A stretch of DNA of 64,000 nucleotides from contig CAVSQB010000020.1 in assembly GCA_963729895.1 (NCBI GenBank), positions 1-64,000 on the forward strand, given 5' to 3'. Of the stretch, positions 10,980-20,739 are shown in pieces; position 1 is the stretch's first letter; every line of letters begins with the position of its first letter. The position numbers were made by a program, and so were the translations under genes. The notes beneath the pieces are model-generated. The model was not told the origin of the DNA. It searched no databases and saw only the letters and a program-made list of their open reading frames with translations. This DNA is from an uncultured Fibrobacterota bacterium (GTDB lineage: Bacteria > Fibrobacterota > Chitinivibrionia > Chitinivibrionales > FEN-1185).

Positions 10980-11635
10980 AATCCGGACCTCTCGAGAGTG
11001 TCGAACAGGGTGCCCGCGACGGCGCCGTTGTTCTTTTTGTCAACACCTCCCGTCTCCAGGAGGCGACCGATATACCGGGCGAGCACGTCGCATTCCACGT
11101 TTACGCCGGCACCGACGCGCTTGTGCGCCATCGTGGTCTTCTCTATGGTGAACGGGACCAGCGACACGTCGATTTCCGTCGCGGCCGCGCGCGTTATCGT
11201 CAGGCTGATCCCGTCGAGAGCAACCGAACCTTTTTCCGCGCACAATTTCGCCACAGACTCCGGAATGCGGATCGTCCGCACCACGGCAAGGCCGTCGCTC
11301 TTGTCCGAAAGGATTGTTCCGACCGCGTCAATATGTCCGAGTACGAAATGGCCGTCGAGGCGGCCGGAAAGCGGCAGGGCGCGCTCAAGGTTCACCTTGT
11401 CCCCAGCGCGCCGCGTTCCAAGCGTGGTGCGCGACAACGTCTCGGTAACGGCAGCAAAATATAAGACATCACCGATTGCGGATTCCAGGGTAAGGCATGC
11501 GCCGTCCACGCATACCGATGCACCCGCCGCCACGGCATACGCCCCGGTGTCCGGCTCAACGCCCAGCTGTATGCCGGAACCTCGCCTGCGGATCTCCCGC
11601 AGGGTGCCCGTTGTCTCGACTATTCCCGTAAACAC
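10976..11635 (-). CDS. ribE: Riboflavin synthase alpha chain
   Basis: [28 protein letters not shown] and VNVECD motifs. Confidence 0.96.
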   Translation of the reverse strand: MFTGIVETTGTLREIRRRGSGIQLGVEPDTGAYAVAAGASVCVDGACLTLESAIGDVLYFAAVTETLSRTTLGTRRAGDKVNLERALPLSGRLDGHFVLGHIDAVGTILSDKSDGLAVVRTIRIPESVAKLCAEKGSVALDGISLTITRAAATEIDVSLVPFTIEKTTMAHKRVGAGVNVECDVLARYIGRLLETGGVDKKNNGAVAGTLFDTLERSGF

Positions 11636-11638
11636 GCA

Positions 11639-12757
11639 CTATCTCCAGACCGGTATGCCGGTCACCATGATGTCCCGGCCAAACCGTGCAGTTTCCGCAT
11701 TATCAAGTTTTATGCATTTGGCAAGGCGCGCTTGACTGGCGAATGACAGCCCGGGCAAGCCCCCGCCCAAGATCTTGTTTCCATAAAACAAATACAGCCT
11801 GTTTGCAAGCCCGGCCTCGACAAAGGAAGATGCCAGCTTGCCGCCACCCTCTATCAGAATGGAGGGAATTTCCTCTTCATAGGCCATGCGAAGAAACACG
11901 TGCAGGCTCTTGTTTGCGTCACGCGTCCCCGTGCGCCAGATTTCCAATCCGGTTGGGAGCGTGCGCTTGGAACACGGTTTGCCGTCGTGCACAACAAGGA
12001 TGCTTCGCGACGCCCTTCCTGCGTTCCTCACAAAATAACTTGCGGGTGGAGCCGATGCCGTTGAAGAAAAAACGAAACGCGGCGGATTTCCCTTCCTTCC
12101 ATGCCGCACGGTGAGGCGCGGATTGTCCTTTTCAAGCGTTGTACGACCGATGCCGATTGCCGCATGCGTGCGCCGCAGTTCGTGCGCATAATCTCTCGAA
12201 TCAAGAGACGTGATCCATTGAGAATCGCCTTCGAAGTCGGCGATCCGGCCGTCAAGCGTCATGCCGAGCTTCACGCTCACCCACGGCCGCCGGTGTGTTA
12301 CCCAGAAGAAAAAATCCTCGTTGAGCCTCGTTGCTTCGCGGCACAGCACGCCTGTTTGCACGTCAATCCCGTGTTGCCTCAGCAGCCGGAAGCCCTTTCC
12401 ATTGACAAGGGGGTTTGCATCTTCCACCGCGGCCACAACGCGCGCCACCTTTGCCCGGATGATCGCACCGGTGCAAGGCGCGGTCCTGCCGACATGGCAA
12501 CAGGGTTCGAGGGTTACGTACAGCGTTGCTCCCCGCGAGCGTCGTCCGGCATCCGTCAATGCGTTTATTTCGGCGTGAGGACCGCCGCACGGCGAAGTTG
12601 CCCCTTTCCCCGTTATTTTCCCGTTTTTGACAACCACAGCCCCCACAGCCGGATTGGGAAACGTAGTCCCCTTTACGCGGTTTGCCTGAGAAAGGGCAAC
12701 CGACATGAAGCGAACGTCTTCTCCGGAGGGTCCGGAAGCGACGGATTGCGGCGACAT
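11639..12757 (-). CDS. ribD: Riboflavin biosynthesis deaminase/reductase RibD
   Basis: PNPAVGAV, HAE, TLEPCCH..PC, TLDGRIA and IEGG motifs. Start placed at ATG 12757 because the longer ORF overlaps a divergent gene. Confidence 0.93.
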   Translation of the reverse strand: MSPQSVASGPSGEDVRFMSVALSQANRVKGTTFPNPAVGAVVVKNGKITGKGATSPCGGPHAEINALTDAGRRSRGATLYVTLEPCCHVGRTAPCTGAIIRAKVARVVAAVEDANPLVNGKGFRLLRQHGIDVQTGVLCREATRLNEDFFFWVTHRRPWVSVKLGMTLDGRIADFEGDSQWITSLDSRDYAHELRRTHAAIGIGRTTLEKDNPRLTVRHGRKGNPPRFVFSSTASAPPASYFVRNAGRASRSILVVHDGKPCSKRTLPTGLEIWRTGTRDANKSLHVFLRMAYEEEIPSILIEGGGKLASSFVEAGLANRLYLFYGNKILGGGLPGLSFASQARLAKCIKLDNAETARFGRDIMVTGIPVWR

Positions 12758-12871
12758 GATGATCCTTTGTCTTGCAAAAACTTTGCACTTGTTAAAATAC
12801 CTCATGTTTCGGCAATGCTTCAACTGCAGAAAGTAGGAACGGCGGAAACAGCAAGGATTTATTTTTGATTC

Positions 12872-13849
12872 ATGGGTCCCATACGCACTCGCCAGGAACT
12901 CCTCCTTCATCTTGCAAAACGCGGCGACGCCGCTGCATTCTATTCTCTTGCGGCGGCCGGTGCCCGTTCGGCATATGTTTCCCTGCGCAACGCAGGCAAG
13001 GACCACGGCGAGGCTATGGCGCTTTTGGTGCCCTTCCTCAGAAGACTTCACGCTGCGTTCATGGGGAAACCAAAAGGCATTCCCTTTGACGCGTGGTACG
13101 GCGCCGTTCAAAGAAAACATCTTCCCGGTGAGGCATTTGTCCAGGAAGGCGCGGGCGGAGCAACGAAGGGAGCGATTCCTGATGACGACATCTCCCGCTT
13201 CGAATCCCAAATGATGCTCGAGCTCCAGAAAGACAGCAGCACGTCGCTGCGCGGGGGAAGCAACTCTCCGCTGCGGAACGCATTGTCATTTGTGAGTTCG
13301 CGCCGGCTTCTCAAGATCGCGATCGCCGCAGCTGTTTTTTTCATCGGGGTCTGTACCGTCCTGTATGCATGGTTGACGTTTGCAAAGGCTGACCTGACCA
13401 TTTCGGTCACTACGGCACGCGCAAGCAGCCACATTGATTTGCCGCTGGCAGTCAACCGTGTCCTGTTTGGAGCAAGCGCAATCCGGAATTACCCCAAAGA
13501 ACGCACCGATCTCAAAAATCCCGTTACCGCTGCAGATTCCGAGCCCAAGGCACTGCCCCAGAAATCGTTTGTTCCGGACAGCGTTCCCAAGTCGTCGCCT
13601 CCAGTCAGAAACCTTTCGCTTCCTGCGAGGTCCACAAATACCGGTGAGCGGGCGAAAAGGAAAGCGCCGTCCGCTTATAGGATACCACCGTCCGATTCCA
13701 TCACCTCAAGCCTGCCCCGCAACCAAATGTCGGTTCCAGGCTCTGAGTCTGTGAAAAGCTCCTCTTCGCAGGACAAAGGCGCCGCATCGCCGCCTCGGCA
13801 GGAAACGCAGCCATCGGCAACGCTCGATTCTTCCACAACTCCACCGTAG
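12872..13849 (+). CDS. Membrane protein with a degenerate ECF sigma region-2-like N-terminus
   Basis: ELLLHLAKRGDAAAFYSL...FDAWY resembles ECF sigma2, followed by one TM helix (IAIAAAVFFIGVCTVLYAWL) and a Pro/Ser-rich tail. Confidence 0.55.
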   Translation: MGPIRTRQELLLHLAKRGDAAAFYSLAAAGARSAYVSLRNAGKDHGEAMALLVPFLRRLHAAFMGKPKGIPFDAWYGAVQRKHLPGEAFVQEGAGGATKGAIPDDDISRFESQMMLELQKDSSTSLRGGSNSPLRNALSFVSSRRLLKIAIAAAVFFIGVCTVLYAWLTFAKADLTISVTTARASSHIDLPLAVNRVLFGASAIRNYPKERTDLKNPVTAADSEPKALPQKSFVPDSVPKSSPPVRNLSLPARSTNTGERAKRKAPSAYRIPPSDSITSSLPRNQMSVPGSESVKSSSSQDKGAASPPRQETQPSATLDSSTTPP

Positions 13850-14145
13850 CAGCCTGCATTGCCTCAGCCCCACAACATGTTGGTGTCTCGCGTCCGCCTC
13901 CTACCATTGAACCGTTGAATCCCAATATTCCTCTTGAAAAGAAGTTGTAAATGATTTATTATTAGGTCTATTACGTTTGATATTTGAATCATTTTGCACA
14001 GAGATAGTATTATCTGTCTATTTCTATTGCAGATAGAAATATTTCTTTTGTTTCGACAACAGAGCAGGACTGGACACACGAGGGTCAGATGCCATCTCCA
14101 CGGTCGGTACCGGCTCGCTGGAACACGTTCTTCGAAAAACCGCAT

Positions 14146-14787
14146 ATGAAGTCTCTTTGTTTCCCTCTGTTTCTTCTTTTTGCGATTGCTCTTTGTTACG
14201 GTGAGGCCGAAGAATACGTGCTTCAGCCGGGGGACGTTATTTCCATCAACGTGGTGGAGCATCCCGAATTTTCGTGTCGCAACAAGATCCGTCCCGACGG
14301 CAAAATCAACTATCCCGTGGTCGGCGAGCTCGACGTGGCGTCTCTTACGTGCGCCCAGCTCGTCAAAATCATGGAAGGCAAATTGTCTTCCTATGTTAAT
14401 AACCCTGTGATCTCGATTTCTATTGAAGAATACTACGCAAACAAGATTTACATCATAGGTGCGGTCCACTCTCCCGGGCAATACCAGATTTATGAACCCA
14501 TCGACGTTCTCAAAGCGGTTGCGATGTGCGGCGGGCTCATCAATCCAAAGGAGAAGCTGATCCGGATTATCCGCTCCGATGGCTCCATCGTCCTTGTTGA
14601 AACAAAGTACTTGTGGGCCACCGAGGGAAAACGGGATGTCAAGAAATACATCCTCTATCCTGGAGACACCTTGTACGCTCCCGAAGGATTTGATGTGCCC
14701 TGGTCTCTTATTTGCACGATTCTAACATGCATCAGCACGGTCCTTGTGATATTCATTTACGCCAACGAGGACACTCACCTCCGTTGA
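14146..14787 (+). CDS. Polysaccharide export protein (Wza/OPX-like; Poly_export + SLBB)
   Basis: YVLQPGDVISINV, IRPDGKINYPVVG, IIGAVHSPGQY and LYPGDTLY motifs; signal peptide from ATG 14146; hydrophobic C-terminal helix. Confidence 0.85.
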   Translation: MKSLCFPLFLLFAIALCYGEAEEYVLQPGDVISINVVEHPEFSCRNKIRPDGKINYPVVGELDVASLTCAQLVKIMEGKLSSYVNNPVISISIEEYYANKIYIIGAVHSPGQYQIYEPIDVLKAVAMCGGLINPKEKLIRIIRSDGSIVLVETKYLWATEGKRDVKKYILYPGDTLYAPEGFDVPWSLICTILTCISTVLVIFIYANEDTHLR

Positions 14788-15026
14788 TCCAAAACGCCCC
14801 GTTCCGCCTTTCAAAAGAACCCGTATTTTTTGTTCCAAACAGCCTTCTGGTCCCCATAGAAAACGCCTATCACTTTCGTACATAGGGTATATTTCCTATG
14901 CACCGGAGTTCCGCGCATTGGTTTGAACGCGAAAACCTGCCACGCGCCATCGTCTGCAATGGAAATGGATGCTTTTAAAGGCAGTCGCGTTGAATTTGTG
15001 GGCGCTCACGAGAGGGTGACATCGTC

Positions 15027-15878
15027 ATGGGATACCTCAAATTCTGGAAACTGGCCGAAAAGCCGTTCGAGGAAGTGTGCAACACCCGTTTTTTTTTCGA
15101 GAGCGACGATCATCGGGAAGCGCTCGACCGAATGCTGTATGTTGTGAACGACCGCAACATGAATATGGGCCTGCTCACCGGCGAAGTCGGATGCGGCAAG
15201 ACCATCACGAAGACTGTATTCGAGAGCTCCCTGCCCAAGCAGCAATTCGAGGTGATAGGGTTCGAGAACTCCAGTTTTTCCTTTCTTGACATTCTGTTCG
15301 ACGTCATCAAACGCACCTCGTTCCGCGACTCGCGACTTTCGTTCGATACCGATTCTGCCCAGCCTCCCAGAGACGACAAATACCTTCTCGTATCCCTGTT
15401 CAAGAAGAAGCTCGAAACTCTCGTCTACGAAGAAAAACGTCATCTTGTCCTGATTTTCGATGAGGCCCAGCAGATGGAAAACAGCGTGCTTGACGAAGTA
15501 AAAAACCTTACCAACATCACGTCCGAAACGCAGAACTACCTCACCATTTTTTTCGTTGGACAGCCGGAGTTGCGGGAAAAAATCAGGACCCTCAGGCAGG
15601 TCGACCAGCGCATTTTTCTCAGGTTCCACCTCAACACCCTCGATTACAACAACACGGTCAAGTATGTGCAGCACCGGCTCCGCATCGCCGGCCTCGACAA
15701 CCTCGGCATCTTCACGGGAAGCGCGCTCGAAATGATTTTCAGGTCCACCGGCGGAGTTCCCCGCGAAATAAACAGGCTATGCAAACTGGCGCTGAACTAC
15801 GGGTTCGCCCAGGAGCTCTCCGAAATTGACAGAGAAGACATAGAACTCATTCTCGAAGACATGCGGAAGCACAGTTGA
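15027..15878 (+). CDS. ExeA/GspA-family AAA ATPase (stand-alone)
   Basis: YLKFWKLAEKPF, HREAL, LTGEVGCGKT, LIFDEAQ, VGQPEL, QRI and GGVPREINRLC motifs. Confidence 0.88.
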   Translation: MGYLKFWKLAEKPFEEVCNTRFFFESDDHREALDRMLYVVNDRNMNMGLLTGEVGCGKTITKTVFESSLPKQQFEVIGFENSSFSFLDILFDVIKRTSFRDSRLSFDTDSAQPPRDDKYLLVSLFKKKLETLVYEEKRHLVLIFDEAQQMENSVLDEVKNLTNITSETQNYLTIFFVGQPELREKIRTLRQVDQRIFLRFHLNTLDYNNTVKYVQHRLRIAGLDNLGIFTGSALEMIFRSTGGVPREINRLCKLALNYGFAQELSEIDREDIELILEDMRKHS

Positions 15879-18800
15879 TGAAAGACAAAGGCAGGAAAAA
15901 ATTCAGGCTTGGCGACATTATCCAGAAGCTGAATGCCTCTCAGGCCTCCTCCGGCGAACCCATCGACAACGAACCGGACCCCACGCTTCCGGAACCGCCG
16001 CCTCCGGGGCCGGTAACTCGGCACCGCTTTTTTTCGCAAACGCCCCGGGGCGCAACCGCCCAACCCGATAACGCAGGGTCCCGGGCTCAGTCCGGACCTC
16101 GCGACGAAGACGAGAGGCCTGTCGGCGGCGCTCCAACCACCCGGCCTCAGATTTCTCCCTCGCCTCTATCTGTTAAAACGGAAGTGCCGACCCCGCGCCC
16201 TGTTCCGGTCCAAACCGCGCAGGAACCGGAAGTGGCCTTCGTGCCGCCTCCTCCGGGACCCTCGGCGTCGGACGGCGAAGAGAACGCCGCGTTCGACATC
16301 ATGCAGTATGCCGGCGTTCTTGTGCGGAGAAAAAACATCATCATCGCAATCAGCATTCTTGCCGGCATCATTTCCCTTGTTTGCTACTTGAGCGCTGTGC
16401 GATTATATTCCGCCCATGCGCGCATGCTGTTTTCACCCGGATTTCAGGACATCATGAGCGACAACATCAGCACCCAGGGCTCCTGGACCCGGGACGAGCA
16501 GAAGCTCAACACGCACCTTGAACTGCTGAAATCAGAGACCTTGCTCAAGCGCGTTTGCAAGAGTCTCGAGAACAGGATATCGACCGGCGAAATCCAAGAG
16601 GGCCTCAAGATATCACGAGGACTATTCAACGGCGAAAAGAACGATATTGTGGACGTCGTTTACCGAAACACCAATCCCGAAATCGCCCAGGACGTCGTCA
16701 ATCAGATCTGCCGCGAATACATCGAGTACATGAAGGAAGTGAATGTCCAGGACATCACGGGCCTCATTGCAAAACTGGAAGATCAGATTGCGAAGATGCA
16801 GGTGGACCTTGACGACAAGGAAAATTCCCTCCGTGACTTTAAGGAAAAAAACCGCACGGTGGAACTTTCGCAGGAGACGAACATCACCATCTCAAAGCTT
16901 TCCACCATGGAACTCGCCGCACAGCAAACGGAACTCGAAATGATGGAGAACAAAGACCGGCTTTCCCAAATAAAAAAGGAAATAGATCAACAGGACATTA
17001 ACGTGATCCAGTCCATGACCTATTCGAACCCCTTCCAGGCCAAACTTGCCGATCTTGAATTGCAGCTCAACAGCGCATCCGCCGAAGACAGTCCACAGCA
17101 CTTCAAGGTCCGGATGATAAAAAACCAAATTGATAAGATAAAAGATGCGCTCAAAACGGACGTGACCAAAGAGGCGGAGTCGCGGACGCTTGTCAAGAAT
17201 CCGATTCGAGAATCGCTCCTGCAGGAAGTGATCAAACTCACCATTGAGAAAACCGCAAATGAGACAAAACGGAGCGTCCAGGATCAGATGATCAAGCAGT
17301 TCGACACGGAACTCTCGAAGCTGCCCGCGGTCCAGCTCCAGTTTGCCCAACTTACCAGAGAGACGGAGTCGCTCGTGGGCATACTCAAGCTCCTTAAGAG
17401 CAGATACGAAGAAGCAAAAATCAAGAGAGACTCCCAGGAATCCGATCTCAAGATCCTCGAGTGGGCGCCGTTGCCTGTAAGCGGCAAATCGAGCATGAGT
17501 CTTACCAACATGCTCCTCGGCCTGCTTATCGGCATCGTGATCGGCATCGTACTGGCCTTTGTCCTCGAATTTCTCGATCAGTCGATCAAAGAGCCGCAGA
17601 GCGTGGAACGCAGCCTCGAGGTGCCTCTGCTCGGCATCGTGCCCCTAATCGAGATGGACCAGGCGATCATCGACAGTTCCGCAGAAAAATGGAGAACCAT
17701 CCTTGAACCGTTCCGCGCTCTTCGAGCCACCCTCAAGCACCTGGCCTCAACCCAGAACATAAAGACGTTCATCATTTGCAGCGCCGTAAAAGGCGAGGGG
17801 AAGACAACGCTCGCTGCGAACATATCCATCACGTTTGCCCTTGACGGAAAGAAAGTCATACTTGTTGACGGCGACCTGCGGCGCGCCCAGATGCACTCCC
17901 TCTTCAACATTCCCAAAAAGAACGGCCTTTCGGATTATCTGATCGGGACCAGTGAAGTAAACGACATTCTCAAGAAGACCGTGCACGAAAACCTTCTTGT
18001 CATTACGGCAGGCGACCATCCGCAGAATCCGGCCGAACTTGTCGGGAGCGCCCGGTTCGACCTGCTTGTCCAAACCCTGCGCGGCATGGCCGACTACGTC
18101 ATTTTCGATTCGCCTGCACTGCTTCCGGTGAGCGACGGCCTGAGCATGGCTCCAAAAGTTGACGTATGCATCATGGTGGTCAGGGCCTTGTGGACGCCCA
18201 TGAAAGCCGCGCTGCAGGCAAAAACCCAACTCAAACGGATCGGCTGCACCATTATCGGCGCCGTCCTCAACGGCATCTCCCACTCACGCGGCTACTACCC
18301 GTACTATTACGGTTATTACCGTTACTATGCATACCAGTATACCTATGAAGAAGACCCGGAGAAGGGCAAGCGAATGTCGATGAGGGAATTCGGCCTCGCT
18401 ACCGAACTGAAGATAAGAAATGCGCTGCAGACTGTAGTCTTCTCCCTGCCTCATTATACTGCGCTGTCGCTCAGTTTTGCAAAGCATGTGCTCAGCAAGA
18501 AAACGTTCTGGATTCTCATCGCCATCTTTATTGCGCTCCCGCTCCTCCCTTCGGCGCTGAAGCTGTTCGGCGTCTCTGTTCAGAAGCGCTCCATTTCTTA
18601 CGTCGGTGACAAGGCGGGTATCCGGTATCTCACCGCCGACAGTCCGGCTGCATACAGCGGCAGCAATTCCCTCGAGGCGATCGCATCGGGCCAAAAGGCC
18701 GCAGCTGCCGATTCTTTGCCGGTCATTGCTTCGCCGTCGTCAGAACCGGCTTCGCCTCCGCCGGACACCGCGCATTCGGAAAGCGATATGTTCGGCGCCA

Positions 18801-19138
18801 TTTCCGACAGCCTGCAGGCCTGGCAAAGGGCATTCAACGGAAACGACGCAGTGCGCTATCTTTCTTTTTACGACTCGGTTCGGTTCAGGTACCCCGCGGG
18901 CGGCTACAAGGAATGGGAATCCGAGAAGAATACTTCGATGCGTCAACCGGCCACCGCGCAAAGCCTTCGCATCGACAGCATGTGGGCGGAGGCCGTTGCG
19001 CCTCCTTTCTATGAAATGTCATTTGTCGGCAAGTACGTCGCGGGAACGGATTCCGCGCGCCGTAGCTATTCCACTGTCTGGCAGAATACCAATAACCAGT
19101 GGCGGATTGTCCGCGAGAAATACAGGGTGTTACCATGA
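15875..19138 (+). CDS. Wzc-like polysaccharide co-polymerase/BY-kinase with extra N- and C-terminal domains
   Basis: Two TMs flanking a coiled coil, Walker A SAVKGEGKTT, A' VDGDLR, B FDSP, and Tyr cluster YYPYYYGYYRYYAYQY. A third TM and an NTF2/SnoaL-like domain follow. Confidence 0.85.
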   Translation: MMKDKGRKKFRLGDIIQKLNASQASSGEPIDNEPDPTLPEPPPPGPVTRHRFFSQTPRGATAQPDNAGSRAQSGPRDEDERPVGGAPTTRPQISPSPLSVKTEVPTPRPVPVQTAQEPEVAFVPPPPGPSASDGEENAAFDIMQYAGVLVRRKNIIIAISILAGIISLVCYLSAVRLYSAHARMLFSPGFQDIMSDNISTQGSWTRDEQKLNTHLELLKSETLLKRVCKSLENRISTGEIQEGLKISRGLFNGEKNDIVDVVYRNTNPEIAQDVVNQICREYIEYMKEVNVQDITGLIAKLEDQIAKMQVDLDDKENSLRDFKEKNRTVELSQETNITISKLSTMELAAQQTELEMMENKDRLSQIKKEIDQQDINVIQSMTYSNPFQAKLADLELQLNSASAEDSPQHFKVRMIKNQIDKIKDALKTDVTKEAESRTLVKNPIRESLLQEVIKLTIEKTANETKRSVQDQMIKQFDTELSKLPAVQLQFAQLTRETESLVGILKLLKSRYEEAKIKRDSQESDLKILEWAPLPVSGKSSMSLTNMLLGLLIGIVIGIVLAFVLEFLDQSIKEPQSVERSLEVPLLGIVPLIEMDQAIIDSSAEKWRTILEPFRALRATLKHLASTQNIKTFIICSAVKGEGKTTLAANISITFALDGKKVILVDGDLRRAQMHSLFNIPKKNGLSDYLIGTSEVNDILKKTVHENLLVITAGDHPQNPAELVGSARFDLLVQTLRGMADYVIFDSPALLPVSDGLSMAPKVDVCIMVVRALWTPMKAALQAKTQLKRIGCTIIGAVLNGISHSRGYYPYYYGYYRYYAYQYTYEEDPEKGKRMSMREFGLATELKIRNALQTVVFSLPHYTALSLSFAKHVLSKKTFWILIAIFIALPLLPSALKLFGVSVQKRSISYVGDKAGIRYLTADSPAAYSGSNSLEAIASGQKAAAADSLPVIASPSSEPASPPPDTAHSESDMFGAISDSLQAWQRAFNGNDAVRYLSFYDSVRFRYPAGGYKEWESEKNTSMRQPATAQSLRIDSMWAEAVAPPFYEMSFVGKYVAGTDSARRSYSTVWQNTNNQWRIVREKYRVLP

Positions 19139-20721
19139 ACCTCTCAAGAAGAAACAAGAAACGGATCGCCACCTACGCGGTTTATGCCGTTCTTTCAGCC
19201 GGGATTGCATGGCGGTTGGTCTCGATGTTCTCCCCTATGTTCGGCTGGAGCGGTCCGGGGGCGGCCGACACCTACCTGGTGAGCGTGACGGGCAACGTGA
19301 TCAGGCCCGGCCAGTACAGGGTGCCGCCGGGAACCACGCCCTTCGAGATTCTCAAAGTGGCCGGCATTCGACCCACATCGGACATATCGGCGTTCGACCT
19401 CGTGGGCCAGATTTCAAATAATCAACAACTGCAGGTAGGTACCATGCCGAATCCGGTTACCATGAAGAAGGAGCCGGACAAGATTCGGCTGGAGTTCCAT
19501 ACCGGAGACGTTTCGGTGATCGCTTCAGACGGTCGCACGCGGCCGCTGCAAACCGGCATGGAGGTAAACCAGGGTGATCGGGTGCTCACCAAGGAAAAAT
19601 CTCAGGCCGAGCTGTCCGCGTCCACCTTCTCGCGGATCGACCTGGACGATGGTTCGGAACTCGCGTTTGACAAAATAGGAGTAAGTGAAAACGGCAAGGC
19701 TACAACGTGGCCGCTCCAGAAATCCGGGACCGTCTGGTACAAGATCGTGTATGCCTCAAAAACCGAATTATTCAGGATCACCACATCGCTTGTAAGTATC
19801 AGTGTTGCAGGGACCGGCGCCGATTTCACCGTCGTGGTAAAGCCGGATGAAATCGACGTGAACACTATGGACGGGTTGGTCCTTATAGAACGGATCAACG
19901 GGAGCGAGGCCATTAACCTGATTTCGGGACAGAGCGCAACCATTTTCGGCGACAACAGGCCGTTCCAGGTGTCGCCTATGAGCCCCGAAACGTACCCCAC
20001 CGCCCGTTTCTCAACATTGACAAAAGAGAAGACGACGCTTCTGTTGCGCCACATGCCTTTCAACTTCGTGTTTTGCGCCATTCCCACCGTCTTTTACTTC
20101 GGATCAGCGGACTTCGAAAGCGGCAGGTTCCACATTGTCAATTTTCCCGCGGAAACGTCCGTCGGGGAATTCATTCAGGGTTGTTCCACCCTCGGCCAGG
20201 CCTTTCTGTACGGCGGCGGCGTCTATGTGAGCTCCATCGTGGAACAAATAATGAATTCACGCGTCTCCAAATACGCGGTACTGGAAAAGGGAGACCTTAT
20301 CAGGATCGCGGGCACGCTCGGCGGGGTTACCGTCGACGTCGACGAAAAAGCCGCGGCCGTGCTCAAGGTGAAAAAGGGCGTGCAGAAACTCACCAGCGCA
20401 CAGCTTGTCGCATTCCTGATGCCGAGCATCTCCACCGGCATGGATTTCAGAATGCGCCAGGTTCAGGTGATGAAATCCATTTTCGAATCGCTCACGTCGA
20501 AAAACCTTGTCGTCAATGCGCTCGTGGCCCAGCAAATTCTTGCCGCCGTCCAGTCGAACATCACGGTTGGTGAAGTCCTCGACGAATATTCGAAGTTCAC
20601 TGCGGTTCCGAACTGGACATTCAAACAACACACGCTTCCAGTGAAGAGCTATGCCCGGGCCGGCAGGACTGAGATGTATCCGATTCTCGACGAATGCAAG
20701 ACGTTGTTTCAAAACGACTGA
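19135..20721 (+). CDS. SLBB + FecR-like + LCP (LytR-CpsA-Psr)-like fusion protein
   Basis: TM anchor; VSVTGNVIRPGQY (SLBB); GDRVLT...SGTVW...ISVAGT..DF..DGLV (FecR); AFLYGG..VEQIM..YAV..LGGVTVDV..GVQKL..RMRQ (LCP). ATGA overlap with the Wzc stop. Confidence 0.7.
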   Translation: MNLSRRNKKRIATYAVYAVLSAGIAWRLVSMFSPMFGWSGPGAADTYLVSVTGNVIRPGQYRVPPGTTPFEILKVAGIRPTSDISAFDLVGQISNNQQLQVGTMPNPVTMKKEPDKIRLEFHTGDVSVIASDGRTRPLQTGMEVNQGDRVLTKEKSQAELSASTFSRIDLDDGSELAFDKIGVSENGKATTWPLQKSGTVWYKIVYASKTELFRITTSLVSISVAGTGADFTVVVKPDEIDVNTMDGLVLIERINGSEAINLISGQSATIFGDNRPFQVSPMSPETYPTARFSTLTKEKTTLLLRHMPFNFVFCAIPTVFYFGSADFESGRFHIVNFPAETSVGEFIQGCSTLGQAFLYGGGVYVSSIVEQIMNSRVSKYAVLEKGDLIRIAGTLGGVTVDVDEKAAAVLKVKKGVQKLTSAQLVAFLMPSISTGMDFRMRQVQVMKSIFESLTSKNLVVNALVAQQILAAVQSNITVGEVLDEYSKFTAVPNWTFKQHTLPVKSYARAGRTEMYPILDECKTLFQND

Positions 20722-20739
20722 TCGGGGTGCAGTTTAGTC

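Noticed and set aside
12758..12871. FMN riboswitch upstream of ribD
   Set aside because: The gap is only ~114 bp and lacks RFN consensus motifs.
12758..13210. N-terminal extension of RibD given in the ORF track
   Set aside because: It overlaps the divergent gene at 12872 and has no RibD-like sequence.
13856..13866. GCATTGCCTCA match to the IS left end
   Set aside because: Only 11 bp, with no GTAACC half-site or partner end; probably chance.
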